DNA of 39,677 nt from Gemmatimonadales bacterium (GCA_038321865.1 JBBQFH010000030.1:1-39677), one strand, 5' to 3'; shown: positions 26,357-37,050, counted from the first letter of the stretch. Notes: generated by a model from the sequence alone, not told the origin. Numbers and translations: made by a program.

Positions 26357-28111
26357 ATGCGCTCTCGTCGTACCCGCGCGCTCATCGGAATGACGCTGGT
26401 GCCCACGCTGTGGAGCTGCGCGCCGAGCCCGACGCCGCCAGCGGCTTCACCCGTGCAGGCGGCGACTCCGGCCGTGATGCCCGGCGGCCCGCTCCCGCTC
26501 AAGCACGCCCCCCAGCCGACGACCGCGGCGATCACGCCCGCCGATCTCATGACGCGGCTGTACATCTATGCCGACGATTCGCTGGAAGGGCGCCGGGGCG
26601 GTACCCGGGGTGATTTCCGCGCCACGGCGTACATCGCCGACCAGGTGCGCGCACTGGGACTCGAGCCGGCGGGAGAGAACGGCACCTATTTCCAGAACAT
26701 TCCGCTGGCGCAGCGGGCGTACGACCCGTCGGCATCACTGGCGGTGGATGGCCGCACGCTTACGCCATGGGTGGACTATCTGCCGCGGGACCATGGGCCC
26801 AACGCCCACGCCATCGACGGCGTGCCGGTGATCTTCGGCGGCGTGATCGGGCCGGACACCAGCCGGATGCTGGCCCCGGCCGCCACGGCCGGCAAGATGG
26901 TGCTGTTCACCGTGGCGCCGCTGGCTGGCGGCAAGGCGGGCTGGAGCGTCAACCGCGCCGCCGTCGCGGCGCGGTATCGAGCCGCCGCCGGCATCGCGGT
27001 GCTGTCGCTCGACGTCATGCCGGCGGATATGCAGGCGGTGCTGCATCAGCCCGCGCTCCGCTTCGGCACGCCGGCCCCGGACACGGTCTCACGCCCGACC
27101 TACGTCTACGTGACCGAGGCCACTGCCCGCGCGATGCTTGGCGGGGCCGATCCGCGGACGGCAAAGGTCGGCGCCGCAGGCAGGACGGTTCGTGGCCGGA
27201 TCGCGTTCACCGACGGGCCAACGGAGGCGCCGGCCCGGAACGTCGTCGCCATTCTGCGGGGGAGTGACCCGGCGCTGCGCGGCCAGTATGTCGCCATCGG
27301 CGCGCACAACGATCACATCGGGCTGCAGCCGCCACCGGTGGATCATGACTCCCTGCGCGCGTTCAACACCGTCATGCGCCCGGGTGGCGCCGAGGATGCG
27401 GGCGGGGTGCCGACGGCCGAGCAGGCGTCGCGCATCGCGGCGATCCTCGACAGCCTCCGGCGGCTCCATCCGGCCCGCGCCGATTCGATTGCCAACGGCG
27501 CCGACGACGATGGCTCGGGCACGGTCACCGTGCTGGAGATCGCCGAGTGGTTCGCCATGAATCGGGAGCACCCGAAGCGGTCGATCCTCTTCGTGTGGCA
27601 CACCGGCGAGGAGCTCGGCCTGCTCGGCTCGAGCTGGTATACCGACCACCCGACGGTGCCGCGCGATTCGATCGTGGGTCAGCTGAACATCGACATGGTC
27701 GGACGGGGCGGGCCGCAGGACGTGCCGAACGGCGGGCCGGGCTATCTGCAGCTCATCGGGTCGCGCCGGCTCTCGACGGAAATGGGCAGCCTCGTGGAGG
27801 CGGTCAACCTCTCGGGCGCCCACGGATTCACCTTCGACTACCAGTACGACACGAACGGGAATCCACACCAGTACTACTGCCGCAGCGATCACTACGAGTA
27901 CGCCCGCTACGGCATTCCGATCACCTTCTTCACCACCGGCGGCCACCGGGATTATCACCAGGTCACCGACGAGCCGCAGTACATCGACTACGGCCACATG
28001 GCGCGGGTCGGCGCACTCATCGGCGATATCGCCATGCACGTGGCCGATCTGGATCACCGGCTCGTCGTGGACCACCCGAAGCCCGATCCGCACGGGGGCT
28101 GCCGGCAGTAA
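26357..28111 (+). CDS. M28 family metallopeptidase, probable lipoprotein
   Basis: GAHNDH, NGADDDGSG, GEELGLLGS, LNIDMVG, RSDHY and DYHQVTDE; LWSC possible lipobox. Confidence 0.92.
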   Translation: MRSRRTRALIGMTLVPTLWSCAPSPTPPAASPVQAATPAVMPGGPLPLKHAPQPTTAAITPADLMTRLYIYADDSLEGRRGGTRGDFRATAYIADQVRALGLEPAGENGTYFQNIPLAQRAYDPSASLAVDGRTLTPWVDYLPRDHGPNAHAIDGVPVIFGGVIGPDTSRMLAPAATAGKMVLFTVAPLAGGKAGWSVNRAAVAARYRAAAGIAVLSLDVMPADMQAVLHQPALRFGTPAPDTVSRPTYVYVTEATARAMLGGADPRTAKVGAAGRTVRGRIAFTDGPTEAPARNVVAILRGSDPALRGQYVAIGAHNDHIGLQPPPVDHDSLRAFNTVMRPGGAEDAGGVPTAEQASRIAAILDSLRRLHPARADSIANGADDDGSGTVTVLEIAEWFAMNREHPKRSILFVWHTGEELGLLGSSWYTDHPTVPRDSIVGQLNIDMVGRGGPQDVPNGGPGYLQLIGSRRLSTEMGSLVEAVNLSGAHGFTFDYQYDTNGNPHQYYCRSDHYEYARYGIPITFFTTGGHRDYHQVTDEPQYIDYGHMARVGALIGDIAMHVADLDHRLVVDHPKPDPHGGCRQ

Positions 28112-28133
28112 GGGCACGGGAGGCGCTGGAGCG

Positions 28134-29066
28134 CTAGGGCCTCAGCGCTTCAGCGCCGGCCGCTGGTGTCCACGGGTGCCGTGGCTCGAAGTGTTTCCAG
28201 AGCAGCGCCGACACGCGCCGGATGAGCACGTACCCTTCGTTCGAGGGCGTCCAGCTCGAATCGGCGTTCGCCTTCGTGATCACGGAAAACACGTAGTCTC
28301 CGCCCGGCGCGTTCACGAGGACCACTTCGGATCGCGAGTGGTCCACCGCACCCTGCTTCGATGCCGCCTGCACCCAGGGCGGCAGCTGCGACAGCGCTTC
28401 ACCGTTCCAGTAGATCCGGGTGAGCGTCCGGTACATCTGCTGGCTCGCGGCCGGACTCACGACTTCCTCCCGCCGGATTCGCGTCAGCAGCCGGGCAATT
28501 TCCCTCGGCGTCGTCTGTCCCCAGCCATAGAGCTGCCGGTTGGCCTCCCGCCCGGGCGTCCGCGAATTCACCCGCGTCGAGTCGAAGCCGTTGGCGGCCA
28601 GCCATGCATTGACGGCGACGCCGGTGCCGGCGAGCTGCTGCAGCCAGAGCGCGGCCGTGTTGTCGCTCATCGTGATCATCAGCATGATGACGCGGCTCAG
28701 CTCGATCCGGGCGCTGTCCTTCGCCATGCCGAGGATGTCGTCGCCGGCGTAGAGGAGCGAGTCGCGGTACACGAGTGTATCGGCGAAGTGGAGCGCGCCA
28801 CGCTGGAGGGCGTCGAAGGTGGCGGCCAGGATCGGCACCTTGATCATGCTTGCGGTCGGGAAGACGCTGTCGGCATTCACGGCCGCGACGCGGTTGCTGC
28901 CGAGATGGTGCACGTAGATCCCGGCCCTCCCGTGGAAGCCGGCGACCAGGATTTCGAGCTCACGCTGCAGCGACCGGTCCACCCGGCCTTCCCGCTGCGC
29001 GGCCAGCGGTGCGCTCGGCCACAGCGCAAAGGCGACGAGCAGGAGCAGGCGGCAGGCGTGTCTCAT
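28134..29066 (-). CDS. Secreted serine hydrolase, class A beta-lactamase-like fold
   Basis: Signal peptide; SxxK (SMIK), SDN, KQG and TTPRE; no ExxLN omega-loop motif. Confidence 0.85.
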   Translation of the reverse strand: MRHACRLLLLVAFALWPSAPLAAQREGRVDRSLQRELEILVAGFHGRAGIYVHHLGSNRVAAVNADSVFPTASMIKVPILAATFDALQRGALHFADTLVYRDSLLYAGDDILGMAKDSARIELSRVIMLMITMSDNTAALWLQQLAGTGVAVNAWLAANGFDSTRVNSRTPGREANRQLYGWGQTTPREIARLLTRIRREEVVSPAASQQMYRTLTRIYWNGEALSQLPPWVQAASKQGAVDHSRSEVVLVNAPGGDYVFSVITKANADSSWTPSNEGYVLIRRVSALLWKHFEPRHPWTPAAGAEALRP

Positions 29067-29482
29067 GATTCGAACTCCAGGAACCAGGCGTAGAGGCCAT
29101 CGAACACCGGCCCCGTGGCGGCCAGGTATCCGGCGCTGTCGGCGCTGGTCAGGCGCAACCCCTGGAGGACGGCGTCGAGTCCGGGTGCCTCGGCGGTGGG
29201 ATAGACTCCATCATCGAGCTCCGCATCGTGCACCAGCGCCGCCAGCTCCTCGAGTGCGGGATCGTCGAGCTCGAACTTGCGCAGGATGCTCTCGAAGGCG
29301 CAGCGATCGTCCCGCCGTCCCAACTCGACCGCGGGCATGTCGAACGGCGTGCCGCCCAGCGTGAGCACGGCGTCGAGGTCGTCCGCGAAGGCGAATGACG
29401 CCTCGGGATCGACGAAACGGCGAATGAGCCAGGCGCTGGCGGCGCCGTCCACATGGGACTGGGGTCGGGTCACCCAGAGCAT
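29063..29482 (-). CDS. Stand-alone ChrB C-terminal-domain protein (divergent)
   Basis: MLWVTR...HVD...WLIRRFVDPEA, TPFDM, CAFE, VHDAE and EAPGLDA; GGAGG RBS before ATG 29482. Confidence 0.8.
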   Translation of the reverse strand: MLWVTRPQSHVDGAASAWLIRRFVDPEASFAFADDLDAVLTLGGTPFDMPAVELGRRDDRCAFESILRKFELDDPALEELAALVHDAELDDGVYPTAEAPGLDAVLQGLRLTSADSAGYLAATGPVFDGLYAWFLEFES

Positions 29483-29588
29483 CAGGCCTCCTGGTCGGGC
29501 GTCGGGGAAGCCCGAAGTATGCGGCCGACCGAGCGCGCAGGCCACCGCGCCCGTATCTTGTCCGGACCCAATTTTCCCGAGGCCCTCC

Positions 29589-29984
29589 ATGCCGGTTCAA
29601 TCCTCCCGTGCGGGATTCACCGCCCCCGAGCTGCTCAACATGGTGGTCGTGGGTGCCATTCTCGCCGCGATCATCTACGGCCAGCGCCCGCATCCGGGGC
29701 CGGCTATCGATCCGGCGATCGCCCCGATGCGCGCCGCATTGATCGAGCTGAAGCAGGCCGAAGAGGGGTTTCGGGCCCGCACCGGCCACTACACGATGCA
29801 CCTCGACAGTCTGCAGGTCGCGCCCGCCGCCGGCGTCACCCGCGAGATCGACCGGGCCGACAGCCTGGGCTGGCACGGCAAGGTCGCCAGGGAGGGCACT
29901 TCGGCGCGCTGCGAGCTGACGGTCTCGATCGGCACCGCCTCCACGGCGGCCGACAGCGTCGTCTGCCATCCGACGGGCGGCTGA
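29589..29984 (+). CDS. Type IV pilin-like protein
   Basis: Leader MPVQSSRAG|FTAPELL with Glu5, hydrophobic helix, LKQAEEGFRARTGHY and a C-terminal Cys pair. Confidence 0.7.
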   Translation: MPVQSSRAGFTAPELLNMVVVGAILAAIIYGQRPHPGPAIDPAIAPMRAALIELKQAEEGFRARTGHYTMHLDSLQVAPAAGVTREIDRADSLGWHGKVAREGTSARCELTVSIGTASTAADSVVCHPTGG

Positions 29985-30005
29985 TGACCGCCGTCTCGAA
30001 ACTCC

Positions 30006-30044
30006 GGGCCCCTTCATCCGTAGCGCTATGAAGGGGCCCTTTTT
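30006..30044 (+). terminator. Intrinsic terminator after the pilin-like gene
   Basis: 12-bp stem GGGCCCCTTCAT/ATGAAGGGGCCC followed by TTTTT. Confidence 0.8.
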
Positions 30045-30080
30045 CGTCTTCGACCTCGTCCATCATCCCAGGTCCAGTTC

Positions 30081-32426
30081 ATGATGCTGCTTCCGATGCT
30101 CCTGCTCCTGCAGGCCGGCGCACCCGACTCCGCACGTGTCTATTCCGGCCGTGACCGGCAGCTCGATGTCAGGATTCCGCGCGTCGAAGCGGACATTGCG
30201 GTGGATGGAGAGTTGACCGAGCCGGCCTGGGCACGGGCCGCGCTGCTGAACGGGTTCTCGCAGTATTCGCCCAACGACGGCGTGCCGGCCTCCGACAGCA
30301 CCGAGGTCCTGGTCTGGTATTCGCCGACCGCCATCCATTTCGGCATCCGCGCCTACGAGCGCCACGGCGCGCCGACGGCCACGCTGGCGGCCCGCGATCG
30401 AATGTTCGCCGACGACAACGTGCAGATCCTGCTGGGCACCTTTCACGACGGGCGCCAGGCGCTGATGTTCGCGGTCAACCCGCTCGGTGTGCAGGCCGAT
30501 GGGTCCGTCGTCGAGGGACGGAACACCGGCGCCGGCGGGTTCATCGGTGGCGCCGTGGTCGGCCGCGAGCAGGCCGACCTCAGCCCCGACTTCGTGTTCC
30601 AGTCCAAGGGGCACGTGACGTCGTGGGGCTATCAGATCGAGATGCGGATTCCGTTCAAGAGCCTGCGGTACCAGCCCGCCCCGGAGCAGAGCTGGAACCT
30701 CAACATCGTGCGCCAGGTCAAGCATTCTGGCTTCGAGGACTCGTGGTCGCCGGCCAGCCGCGCCAGCGCGACGTTCATCGGCCAGTCCGGCAACCTGGTG
30801 GGCCTGACAGGGCTGCGGCGGGGGTTGGTGATGGACCTCAACCCCGAGGCGACCGCGCGGGTCACCGGAGCGCCGGGAACGCCCGGTTACGGCTACGACT
30901 TCGGCAATCCCCAGCTCGGCGGCAACGTGCGCTGGGGCATCACCAACAGCCTCACGCTCAACGGCACCGTCAAGCCGGACTTTTCCCAGGTCGAGTCGGA
31001 CGCGGGACAGCTCTCGTTCGATCCCCGGCAGGCGCTGTTCTTCGCCGAGAAGCGGCCGTTTTTCCTGGAGGGGAACGAGCTGTTCCAGGTGCCCAACAAT
31101 CTCATCTACACCCGCCGCATCGTGCAGCCGGTGGCCGCGGTGAAGCTGACCGGGAAGACCATGGGCACCAACATCGGCTTCCTGTCCGCGGTAGATGAGG
31201 ACTTCGCCTCGGCGACCGGCGCCGATCACCCGGTGTTCAACATCGTGCGCGCCCAGCGCGATATCGGGTCCCACTCGCGGATCGGCTTCGCGTACACCGA
31301 CCGCATCGACGGCAGCAACTACAACCGCGTCGCCGACCTCGACGGCCGCATCCTGTTCGGCGGGATCAACAGCATCAATTTTCAGCTGGCGGGAAGCCGC
31401 ACGCGGTCGGGCGGCGTTACGACCACCGCGCCACTCTGGCTGGCGCAGTTCAACCGTCGCGGACGCGCGGTCGGGTTCACCGGCTCCTTCGCCGGCCTCG
31501 CGGACGACTTCCGCGCATCCAGCGGGTTTATCAGCCGCCCCGGCATCGTGCACGCCTACGTGGATCCGAGCTACACGATCTATGGCAAGCGGGGCGCGCT
31601 GATCGAGCGCTTCACCGGTGACATCGTGGTGGACGGGATCTGGCAGTACCAGAATTTCGTCCACGGCCGCCACCTGCAGGACAAGAAGCTCCACTTCAAT
31701 GCGAACTTTGCGCTGCGGGGCGGCTGGACCCTGGGCGGCGGCTACTTCGTCGAGTCGTTCGGCTACGACTCGGCGCTGTTCGCCGGCTACCGGATCGAGG
31801 CGCCGAACGGTGCCGGAGGACTGGACACGATTCCGTTCGTCGGCCGGCCGACGATTCCCAATTCGGAATTCATCATCCAGGGCAACACGCCGACCTGGAA
31901 GCATTTCAACGCCAACGGATTTTTTCTCTACGGGCACGACGAGAACTTCTTCGAGTGGGCGTCGGCCAACCTCATCTACGCCGGGTTCGGCGTGAGCTAC
32001 CGGCCCACCGACCGCGCGCGGGTCGACCTGACGTACAACTGGCAGCAGGTCAACCGGCGCACCGACGGCTCGCTGGTCAACGTGGGCCGGATCCCTCGGC
32101 TCAAGCTCGAGTATCAGCTCGCGCGGCCGTTGTTCGTCCGGCTGGTGGGGCAGTACATCCAGCAGAAGACCGACTCGCTGCGGGATGACTCGCGCACCGG
32201 TGGCGCCATCCTCTTCTTCGGGCCAGGCGGATACACTCGCTCCGCGGCCCGGAGCAGCAACCGCTTCCACGCCGACGTGCTGGTCAGCTACCAGCCGATA
32301 CCGGGCACGGTGATCTTCGCCGGGTACGGCAGCAACATGACCGATGCCGGCGCGTTCAGGTTTTCCAACCTCACCCGCACGGACGACAGCTTCTTCGCCA
32401 AGCTCAGCTATCTCTTTCGGCTGTAA
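30081..32426 (+). CDS. CBM9-like + DUF5916 outer-membrane protein (second paralog)
   Basis: VDGELTEPAW, EMRIPFKSLRY, VKPDFSQVESD, FFAEKRPFFLEG, YTRRI; C-terminal KLSYLFRL. Confidence 0.85.
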   Translation: MMLLPMLLLLQAGAPDSARVYSGRDRQLDVRIPRVEADIAVDGELTEPAWARAALLNGFSQYSPNDGVPASDSTEVLVWYSPTAIHFGIRAYERHGAPTATLAARDRMFADDNVQILLGTFHDGRQALMFAVNPLGVQADGSVVEGRNTGAGGFIGGAVVGREQADLSPDFVFQSKGHVTSWGYQIEMRIPFKSLRYQPAPEQSWNLNIVRQVKHSGFEDSWSPASRASATFIGQSGNLVGLTGLRRGLVMDLNPEATARVTGAPGTPGYGYDFGNPQLGGNVRWGITNSLTLNGTVKPDFSQVESDAGQLSFDPRQALFFAEKRPFFLEGNELFQVPNNLIYTRRIVQPVAAVKLTGKTMGTNIGFLSAVDEDFASATGADHPVFNIVRAQRDIGSHSRIGFAYTDRIDGSNYNRVADLDGRILFGGINSINFQLAGSRTRSGGVTTTAPLWLAQFNRRGRAVGFTGSFAGLADDFRASSGFISRPGIVHAYVDPSYTIYGKRGALIERFTGDIVVDGIWQYQNFVHGRHLQDKKLHFNANFALRGGWTLGGGYFVESFGYDSALFAGYRIEAPNGAGGLDTIPFVGRPTIPNSEFIIQGNTPTWKHFNANGFFLYGHDENFFEWASANLIYAGFGVSYRPTDRARVDLTYNWQQVNRRTDGSLVNVGRIPRLKLEYQLARPLFVRLVGQYIQQKTDSLRDDSRTGGAILFFGPGGYTRSAARSSNRFHADVLVSYQPIPGTVIFAGYGSNMTDAGAFRFSNLTRTDDSFFAKLSYLFRL

Positions 32427-32569
32427 TCAGGCCTCCACCTTCGTCGCTCCGGCCAGCCGGGGCGACGATTCGTCACGTCCGCACGATATGCATGGGCAGC
32501 GCACTTCGCCATATTGCGTGACCGGCGTCCCCGGGCGCCGCTCCCGAACCGTCATCGCCAGTTCCGACT

Positions 32570-33604
32570 GTGAGTCATATCGTGAAGCGTTTGTCCTGGT
32601 TGCCCGCCTACGAGATCGCCGTGGATCTCGGTACCGCCAATACGCTGGTCCTGGTGAAGGGCGAAGGCGTCGTCCTGAACGAGCCGTCGGTCGCGGCGGT
32701 CGATGTCCTGACCGGCGCGGTCAAGTGCATCGGTCTCGAGGCCAAGCGGATGCTCGGCCGGACGCCCGACGGCATTCTGGCCGTGCGGCCCCTCAAGGAC
32801 GGCGTCATCGCCAACTTCGCGGTGGCGGAGAAGATGCTGCGGCACTTTCTCCGCACCGTGATCACACGCCACTTCCTCCGGGTGAAGCCTCGGCTCATCG
32901 TGAGCGTGCCCTCGGGGATCACCGAGGTCGAGCGGCGCGCCGTCCGCGATTCTGCCCGGAGCGCGGGCGTGAAGGATGTCCGCATGGTGGCGGAGCCGAT
33001 GGCGGCCGCGATCGGCGTGGGGCTGCCGGTCGAGACGGCGTCAGGCAGCATGGTGATCGACATCGGCGGCGGCACCACGGAAATCGCTGTCATCGCGCTC
33101 TCCGGCATCGTGGCCGACGCCTCCATCCGCGTCGGCGGGGATGAGCTCGATCGCGCGATCCTCCATTTCATGCGCAAGAACTACAATCTTCTCATCGGTG
33201 AACCCACTGCGGAGATGCTGAAGATGCGCGTCGGATCGGCGGTGTCCCTGGAGCAGGAGCTGATGATGGAGGTGAAGGGCCGGGATCTCGTCTCCGGCCT
33301 TCCCAAGACCGTCACCGTGCACTCCGACGAGGTGCGCGATGCGATCCAGGAGCCCATCTCCAGGATCGTCAATGCCGTGCGTCGCGCGCTGGAGATCACG
33401 CCGCCGGAGCTCTCCAGCGATCTGGTGGATCGCGGAATCATCCTGACGGGCGGCGGCGCGCTCATCCGCGGGCTGGATCTCCTGATCGAGCATGAGATCG
33501 GGCTGCGCGTCCGCGTGGCCGACGATCCGCTGACCGCCGTCGTCCGGGGCACGGGCGAGATCCTGGATCAGCCCGAGCGGTACGGCGACGTGCTCACCAC
33601 CTGA
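32570..33604 (+). CDS. mreB: Rod shape-determining actin-like protein
   Basis: [43 protein letters not shown]; the start may instead be GTG 32582. Confidence 0.93.
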   Translation: MSHIVKRLSWLPAYEIAVDLGTANTLVLVKGEGVVLNEPSVAAVDVLTGAVKCIGLEAKRMLGRTPDGILAVRPLKDGVIANFAVAEKMLRHFLRTVITRHFLRVKPRLIVSVPSGITEVERRAVRDSARSAGVKDVRMVAEPMAAAIGVGLPVETASGSMVIDIGGGTTEIAVIALSGIVADASIRVGGDELDRAILHFMRKNYNLLIGEPTAEMLKMRVGSAVSLEQELMMEVKGRDLVSGLPKTVTVHSDEVRDAIQEPISRIVNAVRRALEITPPELSSDLVDRGIILTGGGALIRGLDLLIEHEIGLRVRVADDPLTAVVRGTGEILDQPERYGDVLTT

Positions 33605-33606
33605 GG

Positions 33607-34506
33607 ATGCCGATGCCGAAGGACTCCCTCGCGCCGAGCGTGTCGCCCATCGAATCGCGGGGCTACGCGCATCCCGACGTGCTGGTGTCGACGGAGTGGG
33701 TCGCCGCCCACCTCGATGATCCGGCCGTTCGCATCATCGAGTCGGACGAGGACCTGCTCCTCTACGAGCTGGGGCACATCCCCGGCGCCGTGAAGGTGGA
33801 TTGGGTCACCGATCTCAACGACCCGGTAGTGCGCGATTACGTCGGCGCCGACCGGATGCAGGTTTTGCTCCGCGCCATGGGCGTCAATGCGGACACCACG
33901 ATCGTGCTCTATGGCGACAAGAACAACTGGTGGGCCACGTACGCGTTCTGGGTCTTTCGGCTGTTCGGCCTCGACCGCCTGCGGATCATGGACGGCGGGC
34001 GGGCGCTCTGGGAAGAGGAGGGGCGACCGCTGATCACCGACCGCCCGGCCTATCCCGCCGGCACCGTGATGGTTGGCGCGCGCGATGACCGCGCGCTGCG
34101 CGCGTTCCGTGACGAGGTGGTGGCTCACGAGCGGAAGCGGGGACCGCTGGTGGACGTCCGGAGCCCGGAAGAGTTCCGCGGCGAGCGGCTGCACATGCCC
34201 GAGTATCCGAGCGAAGGAGCGCTCCGCGGCGGCCATATCCCCGGCGCCCGCAGCATCCCCTGGGCTCGTGCGGTGGACCCCGCCACCCACACCTTCCGCA
34301 CCGCCGACGAGCTGCGGACCCTCTACCAGCGCGACAACGGGCTCCATCCGGACGCCGAGACGATCGTCTACTGCCGGATTGGCGAGCGCTCGTCCCACAG
34401 CTGGTTCGCGCTCACCTATCTGCTCGGGTTCGACCGGGTAAAGAACTACGACGGGTCCTGGACCGAGTGGGGCAACGCGGTGGGACTGCCGGTCGAGCGG
34501 CCGTAG
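33607..34506 (+). CDS. Tandem-rhodanese sulfurtransferase (SseA/CysA-like)
   Basis: GHIPGA twice, active loop [18 protein letters not shown]. Confidence 0.93.
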   Translation: MPMPKDSLAPSVSPIESRGYAHPDVLVSTEWVAAHLDDPAVRIIESDEDLLLYELGHIPGAVKVDWVTDLNDPVVRDYVGADRMQVLLRAMGVNADTTIVLYGDKNNWWATYAFWVFRLFGLDRLRIMDGGRALWEEEGRPLITDRPAYPAGTVMVGARDDRALRAFRDEVVAHERKRGPLVDVRSPEEFRGERLHMPEYPSEGALRGGHIPGARSIPWARAVDPATHTFRTADELRTLYQRDNGLHPDAETIVYCRIGERSSHSWFALTYLLGFDRVKNYDGSWTEWGNAVGLPVERP

Positions 34507-34510
34507 CGGG

Positions 34511-35518
34511 TCAGGGTTCTGCCGATGTTTCGGGTTCGCGCACGCGACGCCCGCCCCCCGCCCAGACCAGTCCTACCCCGATGCCGATCCACGTCAGCTC
34601 GCGCACCCGCGTGATCACCGACGCCGCGACGCCAAGCTCAGGGGTCAGTCCCACCAGATGATAGATGAAAAACAGCGCTGCCTCCTTCGAGCCCAGCTCG
34701 AACGGGACGAAGAATGAGGCGTTGATCGCCAGGGCCAGCAGGCCGCCGATCAGATATGCCTGCGCCAGGCTGATGGCGATGCCCATGCCGTGGCAGATCA
34801 GATAGAACTCGCCCACGGCCAGGCAGCGGCCGAGAAAATCCAGCGCGAGCGCTGCGAGAAAGCGGCGCGGCGCCCGGTGATAGAAATCCATGATCTGCCG
34901 GTCGACTTCGGCCAGCACCGCCCGGCTCGACTCCAGGCGGGGTGCCAGGCGCCGGACGAGCGGCAGCGCCTGCAGCACTCGAAGCCCGCGCTCGAGCACC
35001 CCGCCTCGATGTCCCGCCAGCACCACCGCGGCCAGGCTTCCGACGCCGAGCATCAACGCCAGGATCCCGCCGACCAGCGCCGGCCGGTGGGGCAGCACGA
35101 TCAGAGCGAGCCCCAGCGCGCTGAACCAGAGCAGCAGCGAGCTGAGCGCGTGCAGCATGGTATACAGCACCGCGCACCCCGCCGAGCGCCGGGTGCCGAT
35201 CCAGTGCGCGGCGGCGGCCATGCGATACGGTTCGCCGCCGGCCTGGACGAATGGCGTGATGAAGTTGAGGGCGAAGGCCGAGATGGTGATGGCGTAGGTG
35301 CGAAGAAAGGGCGGCCGGACCGGTTCGCCGGCCATGACGACGTGCCATGCCGCGGCGTTGCACAGGTTCACCAATCCGTACAACAGCACGATCGGCACCA
35401 GCAGCCAGCCAACCGCCGCCACGCTCTCGGCGATATGCCGGGGTCTCGCGTGTGCGACGAGCAGTGCGAATGCCACTGCACCCGCGGTGAACACCAGTGC
35501 CCGCCACCGGAGCGACAT
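34511..35518 (-). CDS. Lysylphosphatidylglycerol synthase TM-domain (flippase-like) protein
   Basis: NFITP..QAGGEP, FVPFELGSKE and TRVREL motifs; multiple TMs. Confidence 0.8.
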   Translation of the reverse strand: MSLRWRALVFTAGAVAFALLVAHARPRHIAESVAAVGWLLVPIVLLYGLVNLCNAAAWHVVMAGEPVRPPFLRTYAITISAFALNFITPFVQAGGEPYRMAAAAHWIGTRRSAGCAVLYTMLHALSSLLLWFSALGLALIVLPHRPALVGGILALMLGVGSLAAVVLAGHRGGVLERGLRVLQALPLVRRLAPRLESSRAVLAEVDRQIMDFYHRAPRRFLAALALDFLGRCLAVGEFYLICHGMGIAISLAQAYLIGGLLALAINASFFVPFELGSKEAALFFIYHLVGLTPELGVAASVITRVRELTWIGIGVGLVWAGGGRRVREPETSAEP

Positions 35519-35519
35519 G

Positions 35520-36392
35520 CTACTCGCCCCCCCGCGCGTGCATGGCGAAGAACGCCGCGATCGCGCGCGTGGCGCTCACGTCGCGGGTGGTGCGGCCGTA
35601 CGTCGTCAGCCGCGTCGCATCGCCGCCCGGCCAGCTGTGGCCACCTCCGACGATCGTGTACAGCGTGACGCCGAGTCCCGCCTGACAATGCTGCCAGGTC
35701 TGCCGGCGAATGCGCGTGCTGTCGGCCGGCACGGGGTCTCGCAGGGAAACCGGGACCGGCGGCGCGCCGCAGTGGGCCGCCGCCGCCCAGAGCGAGACCG
35801 ACTCGACGGCGGACAGCAGCCCCCCGCCCCCTTCGTATGGCACGTAGCGGTCCTCGGTGCCGTTGAAGGCGATCAGGGAGACCGGCGGCGTGCCCGCACA
35901 CCGGGCCGCCACGCTCGTGGGAACGCCGCCGGCGACCGCGGCGATCGCGGCGAACCGTCCCGGCAACTCGCACGCCAGGCGGTGGACGAACATCGCGCCA
36001 TTCGAGATCCCCGCGGCGTAGACCCGGCGCGGATCCCCCCGCACCTCTGCCGCGACCGTGTCCAGCATCGCGCGAATGAAGCCGACGTCGTCGGGACCCG
36101 CCGCATCGCGGCCGTCACTCCAGCTCTCGTCCGCGCCATCCGGATACAGCGCCACGAACCCGCGGCGGTCCGCCTCCGCACTGAAGCGCGTGCTGGCGGC
36201 GAGACGGCGCCCGGAGCTCCCCGCCGCGTGCAGCATGACCACCACCGGCAGCCGTCCGCGCCTCGCCGGCCGCGGCATATGCATCAGGTAGCGGCGCTCC
36301 AGCCCCGCGATGCGCAGCGAGCGGATATGATCGCCGGGGGCAGGGCGGCCGCCCGCCAGGGCCGCCAGTGCGAGAAGCAGGTGCGCGAGCAT
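35520..36392 (-). CDS. Secreted PHB-depolymerase/LpqC-like esterase
   Basis: Signal peptide; VVMLH, ALYPDG, DDVGF, GISNG, GTED and GGGHSWPG. Confidence 0.88.
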   Translation of the reverse strand: MLAHLLLALAALAGGRPAPGDHIRSLRIAGLERRYLMHMPRPARRGRLPVVVMLHAAGSSGRRLAASTRFSAEADRRGFVALYPDGADESWSDGRDAAGPDDVGFIRAMLDTVAAEVRGDPRRVYAAGISNGAMFVHRLACELPGRFAAIAAVAGGVPTSVAARCAGTPPVSLIAFNGTEDRYVPYEGGGGLLSAVESVSLWAAAAHCGAPPVPVSLRDPVPADSTRIRRQTWQHCQAGLGVTLYTIVGGGHSWPGGDATRLTTYGRTTRDVSATRAIAAFFAMHARGGE

Positions 36393-36408
36393 CGTCTTAT
36401 CTTAACGC

Positions 36409-37044
36409 ATGTCTCTCGCCGATCTTCGCCGCGACTATGCCCGCGCCCGCCTCGACGAGCGCGAGCTCGGCCCCGACCCCATCCCCGAAGTCGCGCGCTG
36501 GCTCGGTGACGCGATCGCGGCCGAAGTGCACGAGCCGACGGCGATGACCCTCGCGACCGCCACGGCCGACGGCGCGCCATCGGCGCGAATCGTTCTGCTC
36601 AAGGGGCTGGACCAGCGGGGGATGGTGTTCTACACCGACTACCGGAGCCGGAAGGGGGCCGAGCTGGCGGCCAACCCGCGCGCGGCCGTGGTGCTCTATT
36701 GGCCCGAGCTGGAGCGGCAGGTCCGGGCGACGGGCACGATCGAGCGGACCACCCGGGAGGAGACGGCGGCGTATTTCAACAGCCGGCCCGTGGGAAGCCG
36801 GCTGGGCGCGTGGTCGTCGCAGCAGAGCGCCGTGCTCGCCGACCGATCGATACTGGAACGCGAGCTGGCCCAGGTCAGCGAACGCTACGGCGACGGCAAC
36901 GTTCCGGTACCCCCGCACTGGGGCGGCTACCGGCTTCGTCCCGAGTCGGTCGAGTTGTGGCAGGGCCGGCCGAGCCGGCTGCACGACCGCGTGCAATACC
37001 GCCGCCGGGGCGAGGGCTGGATCGTCGAGCGACTCTCGCCCTGA
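36409..37044 (+). CDS. pdxH: Pyridoxamine 5'-phosphate oxidase
   Basis: [42 protein letters not shown]. Confidence 0.96.
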   Translation: MSLADLRRDYARARLDERELGPDPIPEVARWLGDAIAAEVHEPTAMTLATATADGAPSARIVLLKGLDQRGMVFYTDYRSRKGAELAANPRAAVVLYWPELERQVRATGTIERTTREETAAYFNSRPVGSRLGAWSSQQSAVLADRSILERELAQVSERYGDGNVPVPPHWGGYRLRPESVELWQGRPSRLHDRVQYRRRGEGWIVERLSP

Positions 37045-37050
37045 ACGCCG

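Noticed and set aside
28134..29066. Possible antibiotic-resistance class A beta-lactamase
   Set aside because: It lacks the ExxLN omega-loop motif and has KQG rather than KTG/KSG; more likely a non-resistance serine hydrolase or PBP-like enzyme.
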